Of a DNA stretch of 64,000 nucleotides, positions 37,301 through 51,089 are shown piece by piece. The notes beneath the pieces were generated by a model. That model was not told where the DNA came from. It worked only from the letters and a program-made list of their open reading frames with translations, and made no database searches. The number at the start of each line of letters is the position of its first letter. Position 1 is the stretch's first letter. Source of the DNA: Narcine bancroftii (lineage: Eukaryota); the NCBI RefSeq assembly GCF_036971445.1, contig NC_091475.1, positions 54,994,001 through 55,058,000 of the forward strand, written 5' to 3'. A program made the translations under genes and the position numbers.

Positions 37301-39544
37301 AATGTCTTTGTTCCAATTGGACCATAAAGTAACAGGTTATATAACAGGAATAGTAACTGGATCGGTTGTCTTATCCTATGAGACACATGCTCAAATTCAA
37401 TCAGTACATCTGCTGAATTTGATTTCAGACAATTATCTTTAAATTAAAATGCTCATTAATACTGATACTACAGATTATGGTCTAACTCATCTGGTTCATT
37501 CATGTCTTTGAGGAGAGGAAATGCATCCATAACCAAAACTTCAGAGCACTGTGGTTAACTGATGCAATACACAAATGTGCTGGAGAACCTCAGCTAGACA
37601 AACTGCAGCCATGGAAAGGAAAGGATAATCAACGGTTCATCAGTAAGGAAGCCAGGCAAGGGCCCCAGACCCAAAACATTGGCTCTCCTTTAATTCCTGT
37701 GGATGCTGCACAACCTGCTGGGTTTCTCCAGCACATCTGTGGATTATTCTTGACCCCAGCAGGATCAGTAGATTTCCTTGTTTAACTTTGTGGTTAACTG
37801 TTGTTCCCTTTAAAATGGTCAGGAAAGCTGGTCAGTCAACATTGAACCTGGACTGGGTAATTCAATGATCGAAATTTCAGGTGTCCTCCACGTTTCAGAT
37901 TTCATCAACAAAGGTTGCTGTAAAGTAAATTGGGGAACATATTCAAGTCTTATTGATGGGTGCCAAAAGCTGTACTCTGTTCATTATCTCTGGTTATTTC
38001 CCCAGGGAGCATTAATTGTTCACTATTCTGAGGGAAACTATGGCTACATCCCTGTGGACATTCCTCATTCCATTGATGGTGCTGGATAAAGACAAGGGTC
38101 ACAGAGATCACGGCAGATAGGAGCAAGACAACAGCTCCGAGGGATCAATAAGGACATGCTCACACCAACTGATGTGCGGTCAGGCTTAGGCATTTGCAGC
38201 TGGCCACATCAAGCAGATCCTAACTGAACAGACCAGGTTTCCCCAAAGGAATTAGTCCTGAACCTTGCATGTTTCTGCCTGCTAGTCCTGATAACTGCTC
38301 CAAAAGACCAGACATGGACAAAGCAAGATGCCTCTTTTGGGAACATTTTCTTCTTATTTAAGGTAGTTTACAAGCTCACTCAAGGTGCTCTGCCTATTTG
38401 CATCACTGAAGTCTCAAATGCCCTATTTTATGGTGTCATGAAAGAGCCTCAATCACTCACTGCCATCTTTCTCATGAACATAAAGGATTCTATTCCAACA
38501 CTGAGACCAACGCATTGAATTTTGTCCTTTACTGACTCCTTTCCAAAGGTTGCATGGTTCAGTTATTTGACCATGCTTCTGCACATGTTAAAAGCAGCAA
38601 ATAGTTGTAAAGACATCCAATTAGATGTAACTGGAATGCCTGAAAAAGGGCACTGTTAAAGGCATCGTGAGATGTCCCATGTGTAGTCCTGAGACAAGGT
38701 TGCTTGAGTGCTTGAGTCCATGAAGTTACCATCTAATGCCTGTAAATGGGCCCAATGTATAAAGCAAATACCCGATTGTGTCCAGGAAATTGAAGACTCT
38801 TCCTTTCTCTCTACGTGAAAACCAGAGACCACTGCCTGACAGCACTTACTTCACTCTGTTTTCAGCCAAAGAGGGCATCAATGACTGCTCCATCTTGTGC
38901 ACACGTTCCTCTCCTCATCATATCCACCCAGCCTCCTTCAGAGATCTCAAGGTCCATTGGTTGCAGAACATCAATACATATGGCCATTGGATTGCCTGCC
39001 AAAAGGGCCTATGGACTTTCTCAAGGTATGAACATTGATGGTGGGCTCAGGCCCAAAATACTGGGTACCGCTGGATGCTGCAAGACTAGTTGAGTGTCTC
39101 CATCATATGTGTGTGTTGCATTTGGTCTCAGTGTCCACACACTTTCATGTTTAACAACATTATTCCAGGTTACAAAGGAGGAGGAGTTGAGAGATTTTTC
39201 CAAAGCAATGAACTCTTTCCCTTATAAATTTGAAACCTGGGCAATTCATATCATGTAAATAATCATGATATAATAATTAGTTGGATGATGAGCAGTGAAT
39301 GACATCTTGTTTAGATGCAGTGCTATTCCGTGCATTCATTTCCCACTGTTGTTAAATACTTGGAGAAAAATATAATGACGTGATTATTCACTCTCTGAAA
39401 GTAATTAGCTAATGCAAGTCTGTTGTCAACAAGTTTGAACAAGGTCCAAAAGGCAATATTTTATGAGAAGCAGGACTGAGTCAACATAATTAGAAAATTT
39501 GGGAAACCTGCTTTCAAAAGGCATTGCACTCACTTCAACCAAAC

Positions 39545-40860
39545 CCAGCCAGGTGATGGGAGGATATTCTGAGTGCCTCACATTGATGTCCTCGATGGAT
39601 GGGAGATCAAAGCTTGTGATGGACGCTGCAATATTTACTTCCCTCTGCAGCTTTCTGAGCAGTTGTGTTCCGAAACCAGGCTGTGATGCAACCAGCATCC
39701 ACGCAGAGGTTTGATTTTAATATTTGACCACAAATCAAATCATCAGAAGTGGAGACAATGGTCAACATGACTGCCTCAATGTGCTGGCTCCAGCAAAGGT
39801 CACTGAGATATGGACTCCCAGGAACCTGAACGTGCTGAATCTGTCTCTCTCAATCCCATCAATGCAGAGAGGTGTGAGGTCTCTTGGCCTCCCTTTCCTA
39901 AAATTAACAATAAAGTCCCTGGTCTCACTGGCGTTGAGAGCAAGATTGTGTTCTGGCAACCACCATTGTTCTGATTCATCATTTCCAGTTGTTCAGCTAC
40001 AACAATAGCATTGAAGCTGAACTTAGCTACATAATCATGAATGTGCAGGGAATAAAGCAAGGAGCTGAGCATGCAGAATGGAGATGGCTGTGTTGATGGT
40101 CAGCGAGAAGGAGGTGGTGTTGCCAACCCACCCTGAAAGGGGTCTGCCAATGAAGAAGTCGATGATTAAGGGCAGAGACCCAGAACCATAATTTGATCAT
40201 ACGTTTTGCTGGAGTGATATTGTTGAACGCTGAGCTGTAGTCAATGAACAGCAGCCAAAGACAAGTGGTGCAGGTGATCTAACATGCAGTAGAGAGTCAA
40301 TGAGATGGCATCTGGTGTTGACCTGTTGTGATGATAGGTGCAGTGAAGTGAGTCCAGGTCTTTCCTGAGATTGTGATTGATCTGCCCCATAAGCAACCTC
40401 TTCAAACATTTGTGGGCAGAGGCTGAAATCATCTGTAAAAATTCCAGTCAGTTGGTCCAGGTAGGTTTTAAGGACGTGACCAGATACACCTTACAGACCA
40501 GATGCTTTCTGAGCATTCACCCTCCCGAAGGTTCTGTTCACGTCAAACTCAGACAATGGGTGTCCTGAGTTGCTGGGAGCTCTAGGCGCTTGCGAGATTA
40601 TTTCATTGATTTCCCTTCCTAAGTCAGTGTCGAAGGCATTGAGCTCGTCCAGTGAATGATACTTCTCTACCCCGCCTCGTAGAGCATGATGGCACGCGAG
40701 CCCTGCCACCGCTGCCAGGACTACCGGTTTCTGAGATTCCAGCTGGGTCTGGAATTATTCCTTTTTGCTGGTGTTGGCCTTCCATATGATTCTCAGCCAT
40801 TAACATTCTTTCCTCCCCTTCAGAGAAAATATTGACATGGGACTTCAAAATCATCGAGTC
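39545..40860 (-). mobile_element. Older Rex1/Babar-type LINE RT fragment
   Basis: LDELNAF...DVNRTFGRVNAQKASG; KCLKRL; RSTPDAISL; LSSLLYSLHIHDYVAK; HNLALNASETRDFIVNFRK...FRFLGVHIS. Confidence 0.8.
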
Positions 40861-41205
40861 AAAAGGAAGGTGATTTAATTTGAACTGAAATCAGAGAATC
40901 AGAGAATACCTATATTGAATTGAAGAATCCAACGGTTAGAGATTTCAATGGTTGTTCCCCTGTGGAGTCATTATCCAGAATAAACTTTGATAATGTTGCT
41001 TTGATTATCTCCTTTAAAAGGCTTGGATGAATTCCAAACTTGTATGTGAAGTCAGAAGTACAGCTACAGTCATCATTGATCAATCAAGTGCTTGAAGGAA
41101 AAAAATACCTCCTCTGCTCTGAATAGTCTACTTTTCTGGCTGATCAAGCTGAACAATGTCAGATTGGAAACCAGAAAGGTGCATCACCCCCAAACTCAAA
41201 GTCTC

Positions 41206-41562
41206 AGACAGAGGTGCACCAAAGAAGAGGTACAAGGACTGCCTAAATAAAGCTCTTGGTGCCTGCCACATTGACCACCGCTAGTGGGCTGATATCGCCT
41301 CAAACCGTGCATCTTGGCGCCTCACAGTTCGGCGGGCAGCAACCTCCTTTGAAGAAGACCGCAGAGCCCACCGCACTGACAAAAGAAAGGAGAAAAACCC
41401 AACACCCAACCCCAACCAACCAATTTTCCCCTGCAACCGCTGCAACCGTGTCTGTCTGTCCCGCATCGGACTTGTCAGCCACAAACGAGCCTGCAGCTGA
41501 CGTGGACATTACCCCTCCATAAATCTTCATCCGCGAAGCCAAACCAAAGAAGAAAAGAAAGA
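41206..41562 (+). mobile_element. RTE-clade LINE 3' fragment
   Basis: agacagaggtgcaccaaagaagagg ... cttcatccgcgaagccaaaccaaagaagaaaagaaa. Confidence 0.95.
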
Positions 41563-41959
41563 GAGATAAGTATAAATACTGGTTTTTGTTGTTGATAAAT
41601 GTGGAGCCAGGTTGAATGTTTCTTACTTTATTACTACAACTCCCCCCAGTTTTTATTGCCTCACTGCCATCTCAGGATGTTGAACCATGTCATTCAGAAA
41701 GGAATTTGACCTTTTGGTTGGTACAGGAGATCATAATATCAGCACCCATCATACAACACTGGTGAAATATGAGTGTTGGTCATGCTGGCAGGGGCAGTTC
41801 GTTAGCTGCCAGTGGAGATAGATAGGTGTCGGGCGGTGGGCAAGGTAGGGTGGACAGACTGGAAATGGGGAGGAGGGTTCAAAGGTGTAGCAGTTTCTGT
41901 CACATAACAGGTATGGATTCATTGTTGACACTGAGTGTGATAACTTTCAGGACTCTTAT

Positions 41960-42270
41960 TATAGCACTGAGCTCCAGCGAGCTGAGTTTCGATCCTGACC
42001 TCAGGCATGGCTGCGTGGGATTTGCATTATTTTCCCTCTGACCATGTGAGCTTCCTCTGAGTGCTCTGGTTTCCTGCCACAGCCCAAGAACTTGTGGACT
42101 GATAACCTAATGGCCACCATAAGTTGACCTTCATGTGCAGGTGACAGCAAAACCTGAGGGACGTAGATGTGCGGATGGAAGGGATTAGGACAGGATGACC
42201 GCAAGTACTTGTTTGATGGTCAGCACAAACCGAGCAGCCAAAGGGCCAAATTCCCGACAGTACGACTCTT
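41960..42270 (+). mobile_element. Old tRNA-derived SINE (second family)
   Basis: gagtttcgatcctgacctc (B-box-like), ggatttgcattattttccctctgacc, tgctctggtttcctgccaca; CR1-like tail gagcagccaaagggcc. Confidence 0.6.
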
Positions 42271-43892
42271 TAAACATGATTTAAAACTGGGGCGAGTTGC
42301 AACAATAAATAAGAAGTATTCGATTCTGGCTGCACGTTTAGCAGCAACAAAAACCCGTACTTGCACTTCAAGGAACATCTTTTGACAGAGCACCCATCAC
42401 AGATTCTGCACCACCTTGGACCACCTCTCTCACTCAAATGGTTGGTCTGCCATGTTAGACATCCAACCATTATCAATGGCAATCAGAAATAAAAGTTATC
42501 CTGTCTTCTGGAAGTTTTAACAATGAATTATTTGCTTTGCAATAAATTGAAATTAGTTGGTTAAAGTGTACCTTAACCTAATGGAATGGACAGTAAGTAC
42601 TCTGGTTTTCTCTGCATTCTACTATTTCTCCCACTGGCTTGAGATTGTGACCTATGAGATTGACTATCCAAATGTTGGTCCAATGTATCAACTTTGCACA
42701 CCTGCCACCCTTTACATTAGGTTGTAAAATCTCAAGTAGCAGTGGCCAGACGACTGTTGCAGTTTTCAACATGGCATTCAACAATCCTCGTCTGGCTTTG
42801 TAAAAGGAGAGGGAAAGGTGATGAGGAACAATCTACTCTCAATTTATTGCACTTAATACTAAAAGTAAACTTATGCAACACAATGTAAGTTTGCCTTTTA
42901 TAAAAAATATGTTGATTTAGAAGTGATAAAAGTTGTTAAACATGTTTTAAAACTGTATTCAGTTTTGGCTGCACATTTAGCATCATTTGGCAGGCTGGCC
43001 TCTCTCACCCCAGCACAAATTCTACACACTCACACCACCTCGGATGTATCAGACCATTTGCATTAAGCAAAACCTGATGTTGGTTTATCGGAGTGCATGA
43101 GCTGTGCAAATCTCTTCAGGTTCAGCATTACCCTCATGGTGATGTCTTCTGTGTCAGGTAACCCTAACTGGATGATGACCGATTCATCATGCCTAAGTAA
43201 TGCTAAATTTTTAAAAATAAATGTCCTTATATAAATGTCAAGATAACCAAGACGTGGTTTGGCAACAAACAACAACTGAAAAAACAAGCTGAATGAAGAC
43301 AGAGCTGATACAGTACTTGAATTCTGATGAAAGGTCTTCAGCTTGCCACATTATCTGCTTTTCTCTCCATAAATGCTGCTTGACCTACTGAACATTTTCC
43401 CTTTATTCTGGAACCCAGATAACATCATCGGAAGTGCATTAACTGAGGATAGAAATGGTTTAATGTTTACCATGCTTAATCAGCCTCCTTTCAAGATCCA
43501 AGGGACACTGGAGATGACTCGGTGTCCAAGAATCTTCAATATTTTCAGAAATGAAAGGAAGAGAAAACGTAAACGATTCACATGAAAGAACTGGGACGAA
43601 GATAATGATGCAACTTTGTTGAAAAGATAGCAACTGGTGCAAGGTGTGCACAGATCTGTAGTGGGATACAGCATTCATTTCAAAATCAGGGAGGTAGTGC
43701 TTGTCACGCTGACCTGGACTTTGAGACAGGAATAATGATGAAGTCTCCTCACTCACACAAATCAGAAATTGCAAGTATTTACCTTTGTGCATTATAACAC
43801 TGAAATCAGAGTGTTACCATTTGATCTGCTTCATGCTGTATGCACCTTACTGGAAAATAAGTAATTAATCAAATGAATGAAGGACATCATTC

Positions 43893-44548
43893 AAATTTTG
43901 GATTTATTGTCAGAATAAATACATGGGATCAAATGGAACCCTGAGATTCTTTTTTCCTGCGGGTGAGGCAGAATTCCCACTCATTGGTAGTTCAAAAAAC
44001 TGCACTCAAGGAGATATGTACATGTGCAAACAAATAAAGAAATGTAAACAAACTGACTGTGCAATATAGAGAGAGAAAAAAATAAGTTGCAAAAGTGAGA
44101 GTCCTTAAATGAGTCCCTGATTGAGTTTGTCGTTGAGGAGTCTGATGGTTTTGTCACCTGTACCTCTTTCTTGATGGCAGCAGTGAGAACAGAGCTTGTG
44201 CTGGATGCTGTGGATGTTGATGATTGCTGCTGCTCTCCGACGGTAACATTTCATGTCAGTGTTCTTGATGGTGGGATGGGTTTTGCCTCTCATATTCTGG
44301 GCTGTGCCCACTACTTTTTGGAGGGCTTTACGCTCAGGGGTAGCAGACCACGATGCAGCCAGTCAGCACACTTTCCACAATGCATCTGTAGAAATATGCC
44401 AGGGTTTTCAATGTCACATTAAACCTCCAAAACTCTTGAGGAAGTAGAGGTGCCGAAGTGCTTTCTTCATGATGCCATGAATCTGTTGGGTCCAGGAAAG
44501 ATCCTCTGAGATAGTGACTCTCTAAGAATTTTAATTTGCTCACCCTCA
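43893..44548 (-). mobile_element. Rex1/Babar-type LINE 3' part
   Basis: RVSKLKFL...RFNVTLKTLAYFYRCIVESVLTGCI; RRRAAAII; tail gatttattgtcaga on plus. Confidence 0.85.
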
Positions 44549-46129
44549 TATTACGTCACTGAACTTATCAGGAAAAGTTAAGGTTTATGCATGCAAATAT
44601 AACTTGAGATGCAACTGATCAGATTTAATTATGAAATTAACCACGTTTCAGAATGAATTAATCATATAGCAGATCTGCATTACATAAAGTAAATGTCATG
44701 ACTGAACACTGAGAACATGATTACAGTTTACAATTTGACATTGGCCTATCATTTTCTCCTGAACATCTCTCAAATTAAGCCAGCGTGAAACAATGCCATT
44801 TTCAATAAGTATGTAAATACGCTTTTAACAACAGATTTTCAAAATTATTTGAGTTGTCTCCAAGCCTTGATCAGCTATCCTTGCACTAAAAATCTCAACT
44901 ATTAACAGAGTTCAATTTTTAGATATCACCCATATTTTGTCATAAGTAAGTTTTCCATGGGATTTGGAATTTAAAATATTTCAGATTGTTGCTTATATTT
45001 CTGATTCTCTTTTTTTCTCTTATTTCCAAGCAATAAATGGCCAATCTTCAAATCATTTCAGTATATGCCAAAAATAAGTCACCTGCCTCTCGAGATGCAG
45101 TTTTAAAAACATTGATTGCTAAATGTTAGAAAGTCTCATTTCTATTCATTGGATTTTGATATATATTCAGACAAGAAAACATTTCACAAATAAAATTTAT
45201 ATCCTCATTGTGTGGTAAAGCAGTTGTCTGTTCGAAGTCAAGTGTACAGAATTCATTGATTTAATTTTGTCCAATCAGCTGTGGAAATGAGACAAATCTA
45301 ATGAAAGAGTTCAGTGATTGAAGTCTACCCAGATCCTTCGTATAAAGTATGCAATTTTATGTGTATTGAATTTTTGCAAAACTACTTAATAGACCCATAA
45401 ACTATTGGTTGACTCATTGTAGTTCAGATGCTACCTAACCCACAATGTTCTTCCACCATTTTGTGTGATGTTCCAGTTTTCCTGCATCTGCAAACCCTCT
45501 TCTTTCCTTCATTGTGATTTAATATTACTTCTACGAGGAATCAGATGCAATTAACCACAACTGTGATTATTTCTTAATCTATCTATTTCTATTCATCATC
45601 TATTTCATTGTTTCATTTGCACTGTGATCCATACAATATAACATTCTTTCCTTTTTCAATCTTTTTGTAGATTTTTGAACAAAAATCAGGTAAAGATGGA
45701 ATAGAATTACAAATAATAAACAACAGTAAATAAGATATGTACGATCCATGTTACTGACAAGAAAAAAAATCTATTGCTGATCCAATTTCTAACCCCAACC
45801 TGATGCCTGGCAAAGTCAGGCATCAACTTCAATGGTCAAGGCTGGGTATTCAATCTTCCTTGGACTTGTATATAGACCAAAGCGTTGCCTCTTTTCACCT
45901 GTTATCTGTCAAATTTAATCATCATTTCTTTTTTTTGCTTTAATTTAATACTCCCTTTACTGTTTCTTACGTACTTGTGTGGCTGAAGCAAGAAACAACT
46001 TTGATATGACTGTCATAGTACAATAAGCATTCATGTCTCATGTCATTTTTGGATTTTTTCTTTCATTGGGCGGCTGAACGGGCAAAAGCCAATGCTCAGG
46101 TTTTTATCAAGTTTATGTTATTGGATCTG

Positions 46130-46745
46130 AGAGTCGTAGAGTTTTACTGCATGGAAACAGGCCCTTCAGCTTCGTTCAGCCCATAACTCTTGAAAACTTT
46201 CTTATCATTTCCCTGTAGATTCTACTTGCTCTGGCAGCTCACTTCATGTAACCCACCACCCTTCATGTGAAGAACGTGCTCCTGAAATCCCTTCTAAATC
46301 TTACCCCTCTCACTTTAAATCTATGCCCTCTCGTTTAAAATTCCCCTCCTCTATGAAAAAACAATATCTATGCCCCTCTCACTTTAAATCTATGCCCTCT
46401 CGTTTAAAATTCCCCTCCTCTATGAAAAAACAATATCTATGCCCCTCATAATTTTATAAACTGGAAGTTCCCTTCTCAGTTTCCTGGGTATCAGGGAGGG
46501 GATATTTCCCAGCCTACGCTTACATTTCAAGCCTAGCAATCCTGAATAGTTTCCTGAATCTTTTCTGCACCCTTTCCAGATAAATGATATCTTTCTGAGA
46601 GCTGAATGCCCAAAACTGTGCAGAATACTCCAAGTATGGTCTCACCACTGTTTTGTACAGTTGGAGTATGATGTCCCTGCTTCACTACTCAATGCCCTGA
46701 CCAATAATGGCGAGTGAGCCAAATGCCTTCTTCACTACCCTGTGT
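46130..46745 (-). mobile_element. CR1 LINE 3' fragment carrying a 69-bp tandem duplication
   Basis: gcatggaaacaggcccttcagc; cctgaatcttttctgcaccctttcca; cagaatactccaagtatggtctcacc. Confidence 0.75.
46304..46447. repeat. Perfect 69-bp tandem duplication (2 units + 6 bp)
   Basis: Unit starting cccctctcactttaaatctatgccc at 46304 recurs at 46373. Confidence 0.95.
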
Positions 46746-46885
46746 AGCTGAGCCGCCACTTTCATGGAACAATGGATGGGGAGAAGGAGTGACACTGTAC
46801 ACCCCCAGAATCACCCATAAAGAAGTGGGTTTATGGATGGATGTGCACTATTTTGCCATAACACTTTCAAGCTGCCGTGTCCCAC

Positions 46886-47085
46886 TGATATGCTCTATCA
46901 ATGACTCTAAGAGCTGAGCGGGGAACAATAAGCTTTAATACACATTAGGTTTCAGCTGGCCCAACTCCATGTGCTCGAATGAATGGAAGGGAGCAGGGAG
47001 GTTGACCTTTATGACCTTTATGGCCGGGTCACGGGGGGACGGGTTACATGGGGTCGAGTCATCTGTGGGCGTACAACAACTTATC

Positions 47086-47120
<35 letters not shown>

Positions 47121-47128
47121 TCATCACA
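46886..47128 (-). mobile_element. Short solo LTR (family B, Gypsy-like), 243 bp, 5-bp TSD CCCAC
   Basis: TG...CA termini (tgatatg...catcaca); CCCAC at 46881-46885 and 47129-47133; ATTAAA and CATAAA boxes on minus; internal (TA)n. Confidence 0.8.
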
Positions 47129-47672
47129 CCCACCAAAACAAAAAGATTTTTTGCCCACGCTTCCACAAATGTGTACAAAATATATCAGCTCAGTCTTGAA
47201 CCCCAAGTATAACATGCATATTTAATTCATTCCTGTGGTGTAGGGATCACTCATATGGTTGCTATTCATTACATATCCCTAGCTTGCTTGATAAAGCAGT
47301 GATAGATTGCCTTTATGAAGCAATGAACACTATGTATGAAAAGTTTATGTCCAGTCTCCTTCAAGTGCTAGGAATTTAGTCCAGCAATGGAAGGAAGACT
47401 TAAACAGTATCTGGCTTTGAGTTAGTGTTCCACACAATTGTTGGGCTTCCATTTTGAGGTTCAAAATCTCAGATTTGAAAAATGTTGCCAAAAAATTTGT
47501 GGGCAGCTGCACCTGCCCTGCAGTGGTTGATGGGTTGCATATTTAAGCCAGTGGATGGGGTGAACAACATGTGGAATGCTTTTATTTTCCATTGAACTCA
47601 ACATGAAGTGCTTAAAGAAAATACCCTGCATTAAGTCTTTCTTGTTGTGGGGGGGGGGGGGGAGGGGGATGG

Positions 47673-47682
47673 CAAGATGGCG
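47673..47682 (+). promoter_or_regulatory. YY1-type motif CAAGATGGCG at the L1 5' end (internal promoter)
   Basis: Consensus YY1 site immediately after the initiating G-run, the same position as in mammalian L1 promoters. Confidence 0.6.
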
Positions 47683-48466
47683 TAGAAGAAAGACGTGTAT
47701 TCCACCTTTCCCCAGCTGGATCATTAAATACCCATTTTTTTTAAAGCATAAAAGTGGCTAAAAATAAGTTTTACAGTTATTTAAATAACAGTGCTTTATG
47801 ATGGCTATCTAATGTGAAAAAATTTAAACCTCAGCTTCAGAAAAAACTACCATATAAAAGTGCGGAAGAATTGAGGCCTACCTGCATAGCTGAATCCATG
47901 GAGTCATCGCTGGAAGTCTTCAAGCCATTTGAGTCTGACTCCAGCACCAATCCTGCATCCGCAAGATGGTGCCGACACATCGGTGAGCTCGGCCGTTGCC
48001 GACCCGCGTTCACGTGAAGCCGTGCACGCGGGTGGCATGGCCAATAAGGGGACACATGAACCCGCGACCTTGCTGGGTGGCCCAGTGGCATGCAGTGTAG
48101 AGTCAGAGGATGCTCCTGCGCATCCGACTCTTTGCCTGGCCTGCGTGGGGCATCGCGGGTCTGACAACTGCTGGAGAAAGTGTGGGCTGTGGGGGAGCCC
48201 GAATGCCAGCATCTCGAAGAGGTTGGGGTGCCGGCGTTGGGTGTCCAGACCCACAGCCATTCAGCCAAGGGACCTATGATGACTGAGGAAGAAGAGGAAC
48301 TTACTTTATTGGAATTCGTCCAGGAGGAGCTTGGAGTTAAAGAAGGTGGATCTCAAAAAGTGGAAGTGGAATCTGGACTGGATTCAGTGTTGTCAAATGC
48401 ATAATATGTCAAAACAAATATCAACTCAAGTGAATCAAGAATTTATGGAGATGAAAATAAAATACC

Positions 48467-49340
48467 TTGTGTGATGAAATGTCAACTGTGAAACAGGAAA
48501 TGACTGTAGTTAAAAGTGATATTAATAGATGTATAAAATCAGTTGATACTGTGCAAGATAATTTTAAGAAAATTGAAACAGCCTTCACTGAGTGTCAAAC
48601 TCAGGTAGAACGTAATAGAGAAAAAGTGGAAGGTTTTTTTGTAGACTGGGGGATTCAGAAAATAGATTTAATGAAGAAGATTGATTCATTGGAAAATCAA
48701 AGTCGAAGGAAAAATGTGAAAATAGTTGGTCTCCCAGAGGACATTGAAGGTGCTGACCCTATAAAGTTTTTTAAGCACTGGATCACAGAGGTGCTGGGTA
48801 AAGAGCTTTTCCCTGAAGGTCTGGAATTGGATAGGGCTCACAGAGCTCTGAGAAGAAAACCACTTCCAGGACAAACACCAAGAGCAGTCTTGATTCGTCG
48901 TTTAAAGTACCAAGATCGAGAAATGATTTTACGTATTGCAGTGCAGAACGCAAGGCAGAATCGATCTCCATTAATGGTTCAAAATAACAGTGTTTTTTTA
49001 TGCTGTTTCGAGTCAAGAGGTTATGAGAAGATGACGAGAATTTAACACAGCCAAAGTTTTGTGGCGAATAGGCTACAAGTTTGCTTTTCGTTTCCTGCAA
49101 TTTTGAAGGTTTTCTATGGAAATTTTCAATCTCAATTTTTTGAGAATGACCATAATGCTTTGGTTTTTGCTAATTCTTTGCCAGAATTGCGAAGAAATAG
49201 GTGTTCTCCTCCATTATCTCCAAAGAGGAGGGTAAATAGAAATGGAAATGGACATGGGAATGGAAAGAATGGAAAGAAAGAAGTGTTGACACAAAGTCTT
49301 CTTGATATTGAAGATCAGAGCAGTCGTTGGGCTTGGAATC
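48467..49340 (+). pseudogene. L1 ORF1p RNA-binding protein pseudogene (frameshifts near 49000-49090; N-terminal part from ~47800 also disrupted)
   Basis: ORFs 48467-49045 and 49061-49387 (FPAILKVFYGNFQSQFF) are consecutive ORF1p segments. Confidence 0.85.
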
Positions 49341-50571
49341 ATTGGGCTGAATATATGGACTATATTCTATTGTGTTTGATTAAATAATAAATATTTATCT
49401 GGCTGGGGGGGATGGATGACACTGAAAACTTTGATAGTCATCTGCCACTAGTGGGTTCACCACACCAAGATTTTTAGGGTATTACTACCTTTGGGTGTTT
49501 TTTTTGGTATTTTTCTGTTTTTTTTTGAGGGTTTTTTTTTCTTGGAAGAATTATAGAGGAGAGCAACAACTTTCTTTTTGTGATTTCATTCCACAAGCTC
49601 AAGGGAATAACAGGAAAATATAAAATCTGTCAAAGAGAAACATAAAATTTGAAAACTGATCAAATTCAATGACCTTCAAGTTCGTTGAAGCACGATGCAA
49701 CAATTATTCCAAAACTTTTAATTTATATAAATATTTGAATTGTGTCTGAATTATGAAATGCTTCAATGCCTTTATTATCATAAGATGAACTTTGTTCACT
49801 AAATAGGTCCCTTGCCTGCTATAAAATATGCAACCACACAACTCAGATCTATCTATTCAGATAGTATATAGCAAGTCCAAAGGTTATTGCAGCTTCACAT
49901 CCTGATAAATAGCAAACTAGAATGTTCGAATCACCCATCAGTCCTTTGGCCTGACAACAGAACTTAATTGATCCAATTAATTTATTGATCAACTTGGTAG
50001 TAAAACACACCTTGCTACTAAAATTAGCCTCAGCCACCTTGAATTATGGGAATAAAACGTGTCCAGTCAACCCTCACACAAAAAGAAATTTAGAAAATTA
50101 ATAGCGTACTGGTTGCAAATCCATGGTCCAAAAGAGAGCTGCACTTTGGAGTGATCATTCATTAATAAGTTGAATATATGTCAGAGGGGAATCAATTTAT
50201 GGCGAACATCTATCCAAAGTCTTCTGATTTAAACAAAGCACTGGCCAACATCCTGACCAAGATGGCAAGGAAACCAATAGGAAGAAACAAAAGCAAGCTC
50301 TTCCAATAGACATTCAGGCATAGCCGTGCTGGTTACGTTGGCCAGGCACGAGTAAGGCTCTCTTATCCCACTGATTATCGTCCTGCTCAAGCAAGCTGAC
50401 ATGGAAACCACTGCATCTTCCAGCTCAGGCCAAACACTGAACTGAAAGCTGTGCATCCACATTATCATTGGGACTTGATCAGTTTTTCAGTCAGAGACCT
50501 GATGAAAGAACAGTGAACTGAAAACATAGGACTGCTTTTTTCTCCACTGACTGGCTGAGCATTCACAGAAT

Positions 50572-50825
50572 GTGCGGCCTGGTCGGCATAGCTGCTAGCG
50601 CAATGCCTTTACAGCACCAGCGATCGGGACCAGCGGTTCAAATCCGGTGTTGTCTGCAAGGAGTTTGTACATTCTCTCTGTGTCTGCGTGGGTTTTTCTT
50701 GGGGGCTTTGATTTCCTCCCACCATGAGAAACGTACCGGGGGTATAGGTAAATTGGGCCACACATATTTGTGGGCTGAAATTGGCGTGTTACCGTGCTGT
50801 ATGTCTAAATATTAAAAAAAATAAA
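50572..50825 (+). mobile_element. tRNA-derived SINE
   Basis: ggtcggcatagctgctagcgcaatgcc (A-box-like), ggttcaaatccgg (B-box), tail ttaccgtgctgtatgtctaaatattaaaaaaa. Confidence 0.85.
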
Positions 50826-51089
50826 GAATTTACTGTCCTTACCTAAAGGCAACCATGCTTGGAGATTGCAGGTTAAAACTACAGTTTGAGAGATCAGGAT
50901 TGGGCACCAACTATATATCACAGAACTGTGATAAGGGGTGAAACTGACATTCTCCCCATTAACTTTTCAACTCGAAAACAAATCAAATGCCACACCAATA
51001 AAACAAAGTACAAAATGCAACTTTAAACAGGCAACAATATTTTTCAATGCAATTTGGACAATGGATAAAATTAAATTTGTTTTTATTTG

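Larger units (their letters stand above)
47649..49545 (+). mobile_element. L1 5' part: G-run start, 5' UTR, disrupted ORF1, T-rich inter-ORF-like region; no ORF2
   Basis: Starts (G)14 aggggga tggcaagatggcg; ORF 48467-49045 has coiled coil + IDSLENQSRRKNVKIVGLPE...LELDRAHR...PRAVLIR (L1 ORF1p/Transposase_22 RRM). Confidence 0.9.

Noticed and set aside
43063-43200. Exon-like stretch (minus HDESVIIQLGLPDTEDITMRVMLNLKRF; plus 38-nt AG..GT segment)
   Set aside because: Conflicting strand readings, modest splice sites and no recognised homolog.
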